From an uncultured Nitrospiraceae bacterium (GTDB taxonomy: Bacteria > Nitrospirota > Nitrospiria > Nitrospirales > Nitrospiraceae): DNA of 64,000 nucleotides. The stretch's first letter is position 1; every line of letters starts with the position of its first letter. Positions 36,770 to 46,482 of the stretch are shown piece after piece. The notes under the pieces are model-generated. The model saw only the letters and a list, made by a program, of their open reading frames with translations, did not search any database and was not told the origin of the DNA. The stretch is from contig CAVSTP010000003.1 in NCBI GenBank assembly GCA_963730935.1, positions 320,001 through 384,000 of the forward strand. Direction: 5' to 3'. Made by a program: the position numbers and the translations under genes.

Positions 36770-38599
36770 TTAGTGCGCCTCTGGTGACGCGGGTTTGGGA
36801 ATAGGCAGCCCTTCCAACTCCATGATCCGCAGGGCATTGGTCGTGGGACAACTGCCCGGGCGGAGTCGATAGTCGAAGGCCAGTGCGCCGTTGTTGACCG
36901 TTTCCTGAAAGTGGGTATTGATGAGCGACGGGATCTCGTTTTCCAGATCGGTCAGCTCGAGATCATGGGTGCTGACCAGTCCGTAGCCGTTGCCGGCGGC
37001 GAGCGCTTTGATGTATGAGCGGCTGCCGATCAACCGTTCGCGGTTGTTGGTGCCCTTGAAAATCTCATCGATCAGAAACAGGAGCGGAGGGGACGACCAA
37101 TCCGCCGTGGCATGCAGAATCGTCTTGAGCCGTTTGACCTCCGCATAGAAAAACGAGAGGCCGGCATCGAGTGAGTCGTTGATCCGGATGCAACAGCCCA
37201 GTCGGCCCCAGCTCCAGCTAAAAGTGCCGGCGCAGACCGGCGCGCCGGCCTGCGCCAGGCAGACGTTGATGCCGATGGTGCGCAGAAACGTGCTCTTGCC
37301 GGACATATTGGACCCGGTGATCAAATGAATCGTGTCGAGCCCTTCCAACGCGATGTCGTTGCTGACCCGCGTCGTCGCAGGAATCAGCGGGTGGCCGAGG
37401 CTGCGGCTGCGGACGCCGATCGCCGACGTCGGCGTCGGCCAGGCATAGTCGGGATGGAGATAGGCAAACGTGGCCAACGCGGAGGCCGCTTCCACTTCGG
37501 CCAAGCGGTCGAGCCACACGGGAAGCCGCGTTCGCACACGCTCTTGAAACTGCCGAAGCCGAAACGCGAAGAACAAATCCCACGGGCAAAGCGCGTTGAG
37601 CGCCAAATGGATTAGCGGATGCGCTTTGACGCTGATGCCGTGAAAAATGCGCGCGATGTGCCGTGTAAAGGAGGAAGGCGCACGTCCGGGTTCCAAGAGT
37701 GGTGCACAGGTGCTCGCCATGACGGAGCCGGGCCGCGCCGCGTGCCGCTCGATGAATTGCAGTACTCGACTGAGCCGTTCCATTTCGTGATGCAGCCCCA
37801 CCGCGTGTTCGAGCAGTTCTTCGCCTTGGTCCGTCATGAGATAAATCAGGGCATAGGCACCAAACGTGAACATCCAATAGCCGGGCAGCCAGTTCAACAG
37901 GGTGCCGACGCCGAGCAGGATCGTGCCCAGGGCCAGTAGGGTCTGTAGCAAGAGGATTCGGGTCAGGCCGGGAAACCCGACCGGATGATCGAGGACTGCG
38001 GCGAGTCTCCGTCCGTTGATCTCCTGCTCTCCCGCGAGTTGTGCTTCGAGCACCAGCCGGTCTCGAAACAGTGAACGAGGACAGAGCTCTTTCACCAAGG
38101 CCTGCCGCGTGTCCCAGACCTGTGCCACCGGCGGTTGTGAGAGGAGCCACATGCTGAGCCGCGACCGTCCCTGGTCGGAGACGGTCGTGTCGATCAGGTG
38201 CAACAGGGAGTGAGGTCCTACCACGTCCAGGTCCTGGGCGTACAAATGCGTTGCAAACGGCTCCGCAGGCTTGTAGGGAATTTGAGACCAGGCGAGCTGC
38301 ACTCTGGCAAGGTGCGCAGATTTGATGGCCATCCACAGCCGCAGCCGGTGAATCCGCTGCTCAAGCCTGTTATGATACGACGCGACAATCAGGAACACGA
38401 TGACGAATCCGGCCAATGCGAGATTTCCGCTGTGGTAGTGTCCGGATCGGAACAGGGTCACGGTGCAGATGACTCCGGCGATGAAGATGGCCAGCCGGTA
38501 GGTAGTGAAGCGGGAACTGACAGCTGCTCCGCCCGTGATGAGCCGTTCGATTCTGCCAACCATCCGCTGCAGTTGTCTGGCACGCGAGAATGCCGCCAT
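36770..38599 (-). CDS. MutS-related ATPase (domain V only, membrane-anchored)
   Basis: ITGSNMSGKSTFLR, SFFYAEVKRL, IDEIFKGTN, STHD; N-terminal TMs. Confidence 0.88.
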   Translation of the reverse strand: MAAFSRARQLQRMVGRIERLITGGAAVSSRFTTYRLAIFIAGVICTVTLFRSGHYHSGNLALAGFVIVFLIVASYHNRLEQRIHRLRLWMAIKSAHLARVQLAWSQIPYKPAEPFATHLYAQDLDVVGPHSLLHLIDTTVSDQGRSRLSMWLLSQPPVAQVWDTRQALVKELCPRSLFRDRLVLEAQLAGEQEINGRRLAAVLDHPVGFPGLTRILLLQTLLALGTILLGVGTLLNWLPGYWMFTFGAYALIYLMTDQGEELLEHAVGLHHEMERLSRVLQFIERHAARPGSVMASTCAPLLEPGRAPSSFTRHIARIFHGISVKAHPLIHLALNALCPWDLFFAFRLRQFQERVRTRLPVWLDRLAEVEAASALATFAYLHPDYAWPTPTSAIGVRSRSLGHPLIPATTRVSNDIALEGLDTIHLITGSNMSGKSTFLRTIGINVCLAQAGAPVCAGTFSWSWGRLGCCIRINDSLDAGLSFFYAEVKRLKTILHATADWSSPPLLFLIDEIFKGTNNRERLIGSRSYIKALAAGNGYGLVSTHDLELTDLENEIPSLINTHFQETVNNGALAFDYRLRPGSCPTTNALRIMELEGLPIPKPASPEAH

Positions 38600-38627
38600 C
38601 GTTGGTTGACGATACTGGAAGGTCCGA

Positions 38628-39500
38628 ATGGCGTCAATGACTAGTGAATGGATCGAGGTGCAGATCTGCTCCTCACTCGACGCGGGAGAGGTGTTAGGTC
38701 TGTTGGGCGATCCTTCTGTTCCGGGCGCCTGGCAGGATGGCCGGACGATTCGTCTCTATTGGCCCAGCCAGCAATGGACGTCTGACCATCTGGCGCATTT
38801 GCGCCAGACGCTTCGCCGGTTGATGGAACAGGGGGTGGACGAACCGGACATCGTCGTGCACTCGCTGCCCGATCAGGATTGGAATCGCCAATGGGCACAG
38901 TCGGTCAAGCCGCTTCGAGTGGGGAAACGGATCATCATCAGACCCAGCTGGGAGCGAATGGAACCACATGAGGAGCAGATCGAGATCGTCCTCGACCCGA
39001 AGCAGGCGTTCGGGACCGGCCATCATGCGACGACCAGCCTGTTGCTGGAGTGGCTCGAGGAAGACATCCATGGAGGCGAGTCGGTGCTCGATGTGGGGAC
39101 CGGCAGCGGACTGTTGGCGATGGTCGCGCTTCGTTTGGGCGCATCCCGAGCGGTTGGCATCGACAAGGACCCGGAAGCCATCGGCTGTGCGCGCGAATAC
39201 GCCGCCGCCAATGGCTTCGGGCCGGAACTCGCCCTCCAGTGCGGCACTGTAACGGCTGGTCTCACCTCTTATTATGATGTGGTTCTCGCGAATTTAGACC
39301 GTCGCACGCTCCTTGAGCTGACTCAGCCCTTGGCCGCCAGCACGAACAGAACGCTCCTCGTTTCCGGCCTCCTGGTCGATCAGCGTGATGAGATCGTGGT
39401 CGCGTTTGCCGATTTCGCTCTCTACCCCAAACGCGAACGCGAGCGGGAGGGTTGGCTGGCCATGGAATTCACCCGAGCGGAATCCTGCGAAGGAGCGTGA
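38628..39500 (+). CDS. prmA: Ribosomal protein L11 methyltransferase
   Basis: DQDWN..W, LDPKQAFGTGHHATT, VLDVGTGSG. Confidence 0.9.
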   Translation: MASMTSEWIEVQICSSLDAGEVLGLLGDPSVPGAWQDGRTIRLYWPSQQWTSDHLAHLRQTLRRLMEQGVDEPDIVVHSLPDQDWNRQWAQSVKPLRVGKRIIIRPSWERMEPHEEQIEIVLDPKQAFGTGHHATTSLLLEWLEEDIHGGESVLDVGTGSGLLAMVALRLGASRAVGIDKDPEAIGCAREYAAANGFGPELALQCGTVTAGLTSYYDVVLANLDRRTLLELTQPLAASTNRTLLVSGLLVDQRDEIVVAFADFALYPKREREREGWLAMEFTRAESCEGA

Positions 39501-39502
39501 CG

Positions 39503-39994
39503 ATGAGCTCATCGGGGCGGCCCCCGTATCCTCACGTGCATCAGATCAACGTCTCAGATGGCGGCGTCCCCAAGCATCCGGTTTTCGAAGCGAAAATCTC
39601 AAAAGAAGGTTTGGAAGGCGACCGCCAGAAGAATCTCAAAGTGCACGGGGGGCCGGATCGTGCGGTCTGTTTATTTTCCGTGGATCTGATCGAGCGGATG
39701 CAGGACGAGGGGCATTCCATAGATGCCGGCTCGTCCGGAGAGAATCTGACGCTCGCAGGATTGTCGTGGGAGACGCTCGAGCCGGGCACACAGCTTAAGA
39801 TCGGTCCGGAGGCGCAGATCGAAGTGGCCAGCTATTGTGCGCCGTGCGAACTCAACGCGCGCTGGTTCCGTGATGGGGATATCAACCGAATCTCACAACG
39901 GATCAATCCCGGGTGGAGCCGACTCTATGCGAGAGTGCTGCGGGCCGGCGTGGTGCGGCCCGGGGATGTCGTCGAGGTCATGGGGAGTCGTTAG
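39503..39994 (+). CDS. MOSC domain protein
   Basis: GGVPK, GLEGD, HGGPDRAV, GENL, PC, YARVL..G.VRPGD. Confidence 0.9.
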   Translation: MSSSGRPPYPHVHQINVSDGGVPKHPVFEAKISKEGLEGDRQKNLKVHGGPDRAVCLFSVDLIERMQDEGHSIDAGSSGENLTLAGLSWETLEPGTQLKIGPEAQIEVASYCAPCELNARWFRDGDINRISQRINPGWSRLYARVLRAGVVRPGDVVEVMGSR

Positions 39995-40036
39995 GTGCAT
40001 CTGGTCCGGATCTACCGCGGTAGATAAAAGCGTTCA

Positions 40037-40699
40037 ATGATGGATCGCGTCCTTGAACCGGAGTTGATGGAGGATCCCGAACAAGCGGCGGCTTACGCTG
40101 CCGCGGACTTCTCGCAAGAGAACCAAGGGTTCGTTGACCGGTTCGAGGAATACTTTCCGGGTTTTTCGAGCGGGCGTGTATTGGACGCCGGCTGCGGTCC
40201 GGCCGATATTCCGATTCGATTCGCCACACGCTATCCCTCCTGTCATGTGACGGCGGTGGATGCTTCACAGGCCATGATCAGGCTGGCTGAGCAGGCCGTG
40301 AGCCACGTCGGCCTGAGCGATCGCATCACCGTGCAGTGCGAGCGGTTCGAAGCCCTCCCCGGCGCGAACGTCTTCGATGCGGTGCTGTCCAATAGCCTCC
40401 TCCACCACCTGCCTAATCCACTGCAGTTCTGGAATAAGCTCCGTCAACTCGTCAAGCCGGGCTCGCCCGTGTTGGTCATGGATCTTCTGCGGCCAGACTC
40501 GCCCGAAGAGGCCCAGGCCATCGTGGATCGGTACGCGTCGGGAGCGCCCGCCGTTTTGCGGCGGGACTATTTCAATTCGCTCATGGCCGCTTTCACAGAA
40601 GACGAGGTGACCACACAACTCGCCCGCATGAATTTGACGAGGCTGTTGATCGATGTGATTGACGACCGCCATTGGGTGGTCGGCGGGACGATCTACTGA
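40037..40699 (+). CDS. Class I SAM-dependent methyltransferase
   Basis: RVLEPELM, VLDAGCGPA, SNSLLHH, DLLRP. Confidence 0.88.
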   Translation: MMDRVLEPELMEDPEQAAAYAAADFSQENQGFVDRFEEYFPGFSSGRVLDAGCGPADIPIRFATRYPSCHVTAVDASQAMIRLAEQAVSHVGLSDRITVQCERFEALPGANVFDAVLSNSLLHHLPNPLQFWNKLRQLVKPGSPVLVMDLLRPDSPEEAQAIVDRYASGAPAVLRRDYFNSLMAAFTEDEVTTQLARMNLTRLLIDVIDDRHWVVGGTIY

Positions 40700-40700
40700 T

Positions 40701-40770
40701 GGGATGGTGAAAACGATTTTGTTCTCACCCACCCAACCCCGACGCGCTGACGCGCATCCTTTCCCGCAGG
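40701..40770 (+). repeat. Dispersed repeat copy
   Basis: GGATGGTGAAAA..TTCTCACCCACCCAACCCCGACGCGC..CCTTTCCCG. Confidence 0.7.
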
Positions 40771-40817
40771 CGTTCTCAGTCGTATGTCTCTCGTAACGGA
40801 CAAGAAAGGGTCAAACT

Positions 40818-40892
40818 CTGCGGTCTTGCTCGCGGAATAGCGTGTCTTGGGTGAACGATTGCGAAGCAATCGATGGGTTGGGCGGGTGGAAA
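40818..40892 (-). repeat. Dispersed repeat copy, inverted relative to the 40701 copy, with an internal hairpin
   Basis: Minus strand TTCCACCCGCCCAACCC..AAGACACGCTATTCCG; CGATTGC-GAA-GCAATCG hairpin. Confidence 0.65.
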
Positions 40893-41723
40893 ATGCACAC
40901 AAGAGTCCGGTGGGTGGGAAAGATGATCGTTTTGACCATCCCTATCGTCATCGTTCACGTTTGTGATGTGACGGTTTCTCAGGCGCAGCTTGACCGGCTC
41001 AGAAAATCCAAATCTTTCATGACGACGCCTCCGGTGGAAACGCCAATGGTAGAAATCCCTGCCGGCGAGTTCATGATGGGCGCGGACGGCACCCAGGCGT
41101 TGGAGGATGAGCGCCCGTCTCACCGCGTGTGGCTCGATGCCTTCTCGATTGATCTTCACGAGGTGACGACGGCGCAGTATGCGGCGTTTCTTTCCGCCGA
41201 CAAGCGCGCGGCTCCCTGGCAGTGGGAAACCGTAGATCTCGTCCAGCACGGGGATCGTCCCGTGATCGGCGTGGATTGGCGCGACGCCGAGGCGTTCTGC
41301 ACATGGAAGGGCAAGCGGCTTCCCACGGAAGCCGAGTGGGAAAAAGCGGCGCGCGGGACAGACGCACGGCTGTATCCCTGGGGCAATCAAGCGCCGACCG
41401 GAGATTTGGCGAATTTTGCGCTGGGTGCGCGCTTCAGCTACAACCAGGTCTTGTTTCCCGTGCGTTCACACGAGGCAGGCAAGAGTCCCTATGGGCTCTA
41501 TCATATGGCCGGCAACGCCTACGAATGGGTGCAAGACTGGTACGGAACCAACTACTACGACACCTCTCCCGACAGGAATCCGCCCGGACCGAGCCAGGGC
41601 CAGTTTAAGGTCCTGCGTGGCGGCTCCTGGTCGGATCTGCCCAAGTATCTGCTGACCTACGGGCGCTTCAGACTCTCGCCTGAGACGAAAAATAGTTACA
41701 CGGGATTTCGCTGCGCGAAATAG
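40893..41723 (+). CDS. FGE-sulfatase (SUMF1-fold) domain protein; start uncertain
   Basis: FMMG, EVT..QY, RLPTEAEWEKAARG, MAGNAYEW, RGGSW, GFRC; lacks the FGE catalytic cysteines. Confidence 0.88.
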   Translation: MHTRVRWVGKMIVLTIPIVIVHVCDVTVSQAQLDRLRKSKSFMTTPPVETPMVEIPAGEFMMGADGTQALEDERPSHRVWLDAFSIDLHEVTTAQYAAFLSADKRAAPWQWETVDLVQHGDRPVIGVDWRDAEAFCTWKGKRLPTEAEWEKAARGTDARLYPWGNQAPTGDLANFALGARFSYNQVLFPVRSHEAGKSPYGLYHMAGNAYEWVQDWYGTNYYDTSPDRNPPGPSQGQFKVLRGGSWSDLPKYLLTYGRFRLSPETKNSYTGFRCAK

Positions 41724-41760
41724 CTGCAGGGAGGCGGGCAACTGAGAACGATGCCTGAGT

Positions 41761-41826
41761 CAGGGCGTGTTTCGGCGCGTCCAAGGTGCGTGGGTGAAAT
41801 AAGGTAGCGGTTTCAGCAGCCGCTAG
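41761..41826 (-). repeat. Dispersed repeat copy
   Basis: Minus strand CTAGCGGCTGCTGAAA..TTTCACCCACGCACC..GCGCCGAAACACGCC. Confidence 0.65.
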
Positions 41827-42788
41827 TAGATGCTCTTGCTGACTTCAGAAGACAGCCCGCTCTCACTGCCAGAATTGTCGAAGGCCGAAATGGCAAAGAA
41901 ATACGTCTCCCCCACGGGTAGGCCTGTGATCGTGTAGCTGCCGGTCAGGCCAACCACGAAGGGCGAGCCGGGATAGTTGTAGAGGCCTGCAGCCGTCCCC
42001 ACGTAGATCTTGTATCCTGCCAGGTCAGGCTCACTGTTCAGTGTCCAGCTGAGGGTGGCGCTTCCGGTGCCCGGTGGAGGCGATGGCGGCGGAGGCGGTG
42101 AGGCGGAAGGAGGGGAGGACGAAGGCAGAGACTGTGGAACTATCGGCGATGGTGCGGGAGAAGGCGGCGGAGAAGAGACGGAGACCGTCGGTGCTACCAA
42201 TTGCGTCAGGCCGGGCATCTGGTTGCTGAGGCTCTGGAGGCCGCGTCCGGCGGCCACTCGCGGCGATACGGTTGTTGCGGGGCCTATGCCGGGGACCGCA
42301 GTCGCCACCGGCGGTTTGGCTGACAAAGGTGCGGGCGCGACCGAGGCCGTAGCGCCGGTTGATCCGGCGCTTGTCGTTGATGCCGGGGTCAATGTGGATG
42401 CTCCGAGTGCCGCAATGCCCTTGGCCGGCGTCGAAGTCCGGCTCTCGGTTCCAGTCTTGTTTGTCTGAACCGGGGAGACGGGTTGCAGCGAGGACGTCGC
42501 GGGCTGTGACATGACGGTGCCACTCGATGCGGCGGCGGGCAACTGGCTGGGCCGTTTCGTGAGTTTTCGTTGAGGTGAGCGCGCAGCCGGCGCGCTCGTG
42601 CTGCCGGATGTCGTCGGTGACGTTCCCGCCTCCGGAGGTGTGGCCTCTGGTGCCTGGCGGTGAATCAAGCTGTGTGGCCTGGGCGCCTGCGTCGGTTCAG
42701 CCGGAAGCACGCGTGAACTGATAGCCACCATACAAAGCGTTGCGGTGACGAATGCCAAGCGATGGATGCTGGAATGAACCGGGGTCAC
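41823..42788 (-). CDS. Exported Pro/Ser/Thr-rich protein with a C-terminal fibronectin type III domain; start uncertain
   Basis: ATLSW..NSEPDLAGYKIY..TYFFAISAFD..ES..S; long low-complexity linker. Confidence 0.8.
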   Translation of the reverse strand: MTPVHSSIHRLAFVTATLCMVAISSRVLPAEPTQAPRPHSLIHRQAPEATPPEAGTSPTTSGSTSAPAARSPQRKLTKRPSQLPAAASSGTVMSQPATSSLQPVSPVQTNKTGTESRTSTPAKGIAALGASTLTPASTTSAGSTGATASVAPAPLSAKPPVATAVPGIGPATTVSPRVAAGRGLQSLSNQMPGLTQLVAPTVSVSSPPPSPAPSPIVPQSLPSSSPPSASPPPPPSPPPGTGSATLSWTLNSEPDLAGYKIYVGTAAGLYNYPGSPFVVGLTGSYTITGLPVGETYFFAISAFDNSGSESGLSSEVSKSIY

Positions 42789-42980
42789 GAAATCTGTCTT
42801 TCGTCGAAGGTGATCGCCCAGACAACGTTGATTCGGCACCATGCTCGGAGAGCATGCGTAGACGCATTGTGAAACTGAAGCCCTTGATTGGCCACAAAAA
42901 GTCAATTTTCTGACAGAAGGTACACCGGTGTACCGAATCAGTTGGAGACAGAGATTGACGAGCGGACCGGGAAGAGGAGG

Positions 42981-43430
42981 TCAGGCGAGCAGCAACGCAA
43001 GAAGAAAGATGCCGGTCAGCGCACAGAGCGAAGCGAGATATTGTATGCCGCTGCGGTCCCTGAGCCAGGCGGTTTTCCACTTGGCTGGATAGAGGGGTTG
43101 ATGCTCGATGAACAGGCCGTCTTCATAGAAGCCGAGCGCCTGTTCGATCTGGATCAGGACTTGTTTGGCCAGCCGGTGACGATACTGTTGTTGAAGGATC
43201 AAGCCACAAAACAGCCCGCACCAAATCAAGCTGCCCAGGGCTAAGAGCAACGCTTCGGCAGGAGATAGCCGGCTTTTGAGGGGACTGAGGAGGAGCGCAA
43301 AGGTCATCGCAACGAGCGCGAATGCCCCGAAGGCTGTGAGGCGCATCATTTGCTCACGACGCTGATAGACCTCGTTCTTGTACAGCGGATAGAGAACGGT
43401 CAGAGTCTGTTGTACGCCTTCCGTGATCAT
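42981..43430 (-). CDS. Hypothetical 3-TM membrane protein
   Basis: Three hydrophobic segments; QIEQALGF..LYP.KW loop. Confidence 0.7.
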   Translation of the reverse strand: MITEGVQQTLTVLYPLYKNEVYQRREQMMRLTAFGAFALVAMTFALLLSPLKSRLSPAEALLLALGSLIWCGLFCGLILQQQYRHRLAKQVLIQIEQALGFYEDGLFIEHQPLYPAKWKTAWLRDRSGIQYLASLCALTGIFLLALLLA

Positions 43431-43464
43431 GGCCGCACCGCATGCTCCCAGGATTCGAACACTG

Positions 43465-44235
43465 TCATCCTGTCGTCAGATGACCGACCAGCCAATTCGT
43501 GATCGCAGCCGTCATCGTTCGAAAATCCTCTCCGCGGGTAAACTGGTGGTCCGCTTCCGGCAGGAGGTCGAGCCGTTTCGGGCCGCGAAGAGCCTCCAGC
43601 AAGCGTTGGCTTTGGTGGAGCGGGACCAGTTCGTCGCGTGCGCCTTGAACGATGAGCGTCGGTGCAACAATCTGTGACGCCGGCTCATAGGCGATCTGCC
43701 GCAGACAATCCTCGTATAGCCCGAACTTCAGCCGGACCCGTTCCGCGCCTCCCATCAGGTTTGGAATCGTATCCGTAGATTGCCACCGCGCCAGTTCGCC
43801 GGGGCCGAATTCTAAGCGAAATTCTTCGCCAAAATCTACTACCGGGCATTTGAGGGCCAAACAGGCGATATCGTTCCGCTGGGCAGTGGTCAGGATGGCC
43901 ACCAAGCCCCCAAAGCTCGATCCCACAAGGCCGATTCTGTCGTAACCCTGCGACCTGACAAGGGCTACCGCCGCATGGGCTTGTCCGACCGCCAGTGAGA
44001 CGGTGATGTCTTCAAAGGGGCCTTCGCTGTCGCCCTGTCCGAAGAAATCGAACCGGAAGGTCGCGAGCCCTGCTTCGTTCACCATTCTGGTCAACGTCTT
44101 GTTGGTCGTGCTGTTCTTACTGGACAAGAAGCCATGGCAGAGCACCACGGCGGCGGTGGAAGGCTGCGAAGGGCGGCTGAGCACCGCGGAGATGCTGTGC
44201 CCCTGCTCGTCCTTGAAGGTGAGCGGTTCGTCCAT
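43465..44235 (-). CDS. Alpha/beta hydrolase
   Basis: CHGF, FDFFGQGDSEG, GSSFGG nucleophile elbow, D and ADH catalytic positions. Confidence 0.9.
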   Translation of the reverse strand: MDEPLTFKDEQGHSISAVLSRPSQPSTAAVVLCHGFLSSKNSTTNKTLTRMVNEAGLATFRFDFFGQGDSEGPFEDITVSLAVGQAHAAVALVRSQGYDRIGLVGSSFGGLVAILTTAQRNDIACLALKCPVVDFGEEFRLEFGPGELARWQSTDTIPNLMGGAERVRLKFGLYEDCLRQIAYEPASQIVAPTLIVQGARDELVPLHQSQRLLEALRGPKRLDLLPEADHQFTRGEDFRTMTAAITNWLVGHLTTG

Positions 44236-44289
44236 GAGGCGGCATTGTAGCAGAGTTGCTCTGGGGAGGGCGGCGAAGTGGTCTACAGT

Positions 44290-45069
44290 CTACAGCTTGC
44301 TCGAGCGGACGCGGTAATCGACGGTATCTTGTAACCACTTCCAAAATCTGGTCTGCTCGCCCAGATCACGATTCGGCTCCAGTTTTTCACGCCAGGTTTT
44401 CATGACTTCCCCGTCGACGGTCCAGAGGCGGACGCGCTCACGGGGCACATGCCTCCGCCAGTGGTCGCCGACCTTGGGGCTGATATAGGCCAGGCGCAGG
44501 GTGACATTGCGGGATAAATACTCGAGCGGCTTGAGGTCAATTTTCTCATACAGCGCCTGAGATCCGGCTGTCGCGCCGCTGGTGGCGGCATCGGGCACCC
44601 CGTCGGTAATGATCATGACATTGATGGGCGCGAGCACCAGATTGCGCTCCTTGGAGATCCGGGCCACTTCCGCGAAGAACGGATTGAAATCGGTCACACG
44701 GTCTGCGGGCGGAAACCACTTCCGGAGCTCGACCTCGATTTGCGGGATGTCTTTGTTTTCGAAGTCATGGATCGGATGAAAACTCTTGGGTTCACGCAAA
44801 TCCTTCCCACCGACGCTGGCGATGAACATCGCCTGGGGCTTATCGAGGCCCCCGAGAGCATGCAGATGACCGTAGATGTAATGGGCGAGAAACAGGAGTG
44901 CATTGTCGTAATAGCCGGAGTTCTTGAACGAGCCGCTCGCATCGACGCCGATAAACAGCGTGTTGTGCGGCTTGTGCGCCTGCGCCGGTTCCTGCGTACA
45001 GCCGGTGAGGGGCACCGACAGGGCGCCGGCGAGTGCAGCGGCCACGAGTAACGTCGAGATGCAGCTCAT
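44290..45069 (-). CDS. Hypothetical lipoprotein with VWA/MIDAS-like motifs
   Basis: Lipobox LTGC; FIGVDASGS (DxSxS), TD, IITDG; ATGA overlap with the upstream gene. Confidence 0.7.
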   Translation of the reverse strand: MSCISTLLVAAALAGALSVPLTGCTQEPAQAHKPHNTLFIGVDASGSFKNSGYYDNALLFLAHYIYGHLHALGGLDKPQAMFIASVGGKDLREPKSFHPIHDFENKDIPQIEVELRKWFPPADRVTDFNPFFAEVARISKERNLVLAPINVMIITDGVPDAATSGATAGSQALYEKIDLKPLEYLSRNVTLRLAYISPKVGDHWRRHVPRERVRLWTVDGEVMKTWREKLEPNRDLGEQTRFWKWLQDTVDYRVRSSKL

Positions 45070-46304
45070 GAGGCCACCTTCTTGGGCTGCCATCTGACCG
45101 TGGGCAGCAGTTCCCGTGTCTCCACGACGTCCTTCAGGCTCTTGAATGGAATGCCGAACACTGGTTTGCCGACGACCAGAATCATGGCGAAGTTCAACAG
45201 AGCCGCCGCCACGTGGAGCACCGGGAGCATGAGGAACTCCATCAATTCGCCGGCTTTCTCGTGCAGCCAACCGACCTCGCGCTTGAAGTCCTCCATCGGC
45301 GCCTTCCACCAGGGCGGCGGTTCCGGAGCAACAAGCGCCATGCCGGTCGCGGAAGCCTCCTGATGCATCGGCTGCCGCGAAATGAACGACAGGAGGGGAG
45401 GCGTGCCGTATTGACCGAACAGGAACCAGGTCATCCCGCGAACGCCTACCCATCCGAACGTAGCGAGCGAGAGCGTAAACACGATTCCCGGGCGAAATTG
45501 CTCGCCCGTCTGCTGCGCGATCCAGGGCGAGAGCGCATCGACCAACTCCCGGTAGAGAAACATGACCTCGAACGTCATCACGAACACTTCGACGAGAATC
45601 ATCTGGACGAGATATTTGTACTCGCGGTTCTTCACCGAGTCAGCGAGCACCTGAATGCAGGCGAAACTGCCCATAATCAGGAGCAAGAGGAACACGTAGA
45701 GAATCGTTCCGGTCATGACCGACGCGTCCGATCCCGTGATGCCGGCTAAGACGTCTGTGACAGTCGGCATCAGCGTGTACGTGAAGATCGTCGCTTCCAG
45801 TACGCACCAGAAAATCAGCAGGAGAAACGCGATCCAGGGCACGCCGGGTTGAAAATAGCTTTGGGTCATCTGGCCGGTCATCTTGAAGGGAAGCACCACA
45901 AGCTGCTTCATGGCTTCCGCTGCCAGATTCAGCCCCAGCCTCCCAAGCGTAAACAACCAGCCGGCGACAACGATGATAAATCGTCCGAGGCCGACCCAGT
46001 ACATCCAGATGGCAAAGGCGGTATCCCACCAGGCCAGCAGCAGCATGCGCAGGAGTTCGATCCGGCCCGAGCGGAACGGCAGCGTGTAGAGCGTCAGGTG
46101 CGTGCACCAGACCGCGCCGATCCACAGCAGGACGGGAAAGAGCAGCAAGAGATAGTAGATGCCGGACAGCCAACCGGTGGACGAAGCCAGGACAAAGTCC
46201 ATCAGCGCGCGCTGCATGTCAGGAATCCAGGAGACCGGAATCGTCAGAAAGTGAACGAGGCTTTTCCAAGGATCCGGGATCATCTGAGTCAATTCGTCGT
46301 TCAT
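45066..46304 (-). CDS. Hypothetical polytopic membrane protein
   Basis: 412 aa, about 8 hydrophobic segments; GAGGGG RBS before ATG 46304. Confidence 0.78.
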   Translation of the reverse strand: MNDELTQMIPDPWKSLVHFLTIPVSWIPDMQRALMDFVLASSTGWLSGIYYLLLLFPVLLWIGAVWCTHLTLYTLPFRSGRIELLRMLLLAWWDTAFAIWMYWVGLGRFIIVVAGWLFTLGRLGLNLAAEAMKQLVVLPFKMTGQMTQSYFQPGVPWIAFLLLIFWCVLEATIFTYTLMPTVTDVLAGITGSDASVMTGTILYVFLLLLIMGSFACIQVLADSVKNREYKYLVQMILVEVFVMTFEVMFLYRELVDALSPWIAQQTGEQFRPGIVFTLSLATFGWVGVRGMTWFLFGQYGTPPLLSFISRQPMHQEASATGMALVAPEPPPWWKAPMEDFKREVGWLHEKAGELMEFLMLPVLHVAAALLNFAMILVVGKPVFGIPFKSLKDVVETRELLPTVRWQPKKVAS

Positions 46305-46482
46305 GTGGCCCCTCACTCAGTGATGTGAGCTCAGAGGGCGGTTGCCCCTATACAGTCTGTACTGAGCAAGAACCAGGCTTGCGGGAGGAAGGGGCAATTA
46401 ATGGAAAAACCGACACTTAGCTACGAAGGGATTGGCCAGAATTGTTCAGGCAGTGCAGGTCCGAAGGTACGGAGCGGAAGGG

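Noticed and set aside
36770..38599. Canonical mutS
   Set aside because: Only the ATPase domain plus TM helices; no mismatch-binding domain
40893..41723. Active formylglycine-generating enzyme
   Set aside because: The Cys pair after RGGS is absent and no sulfatase is nearby
45070..45453. N-terminal extension of ORF 44290..45453
   Set aside because: Overlaps the upstream membrane gene in another frame; ATG 45069 gives a lipoprotein signal and ATGA coupling
46366..46380. Sigma-54 promoter for the membrane/VWA pair (AAGCCTGGTTCTTGC, minus strand)
   Set aside because: -12 TTGC is present but the near-invariant -24 GG reads AG
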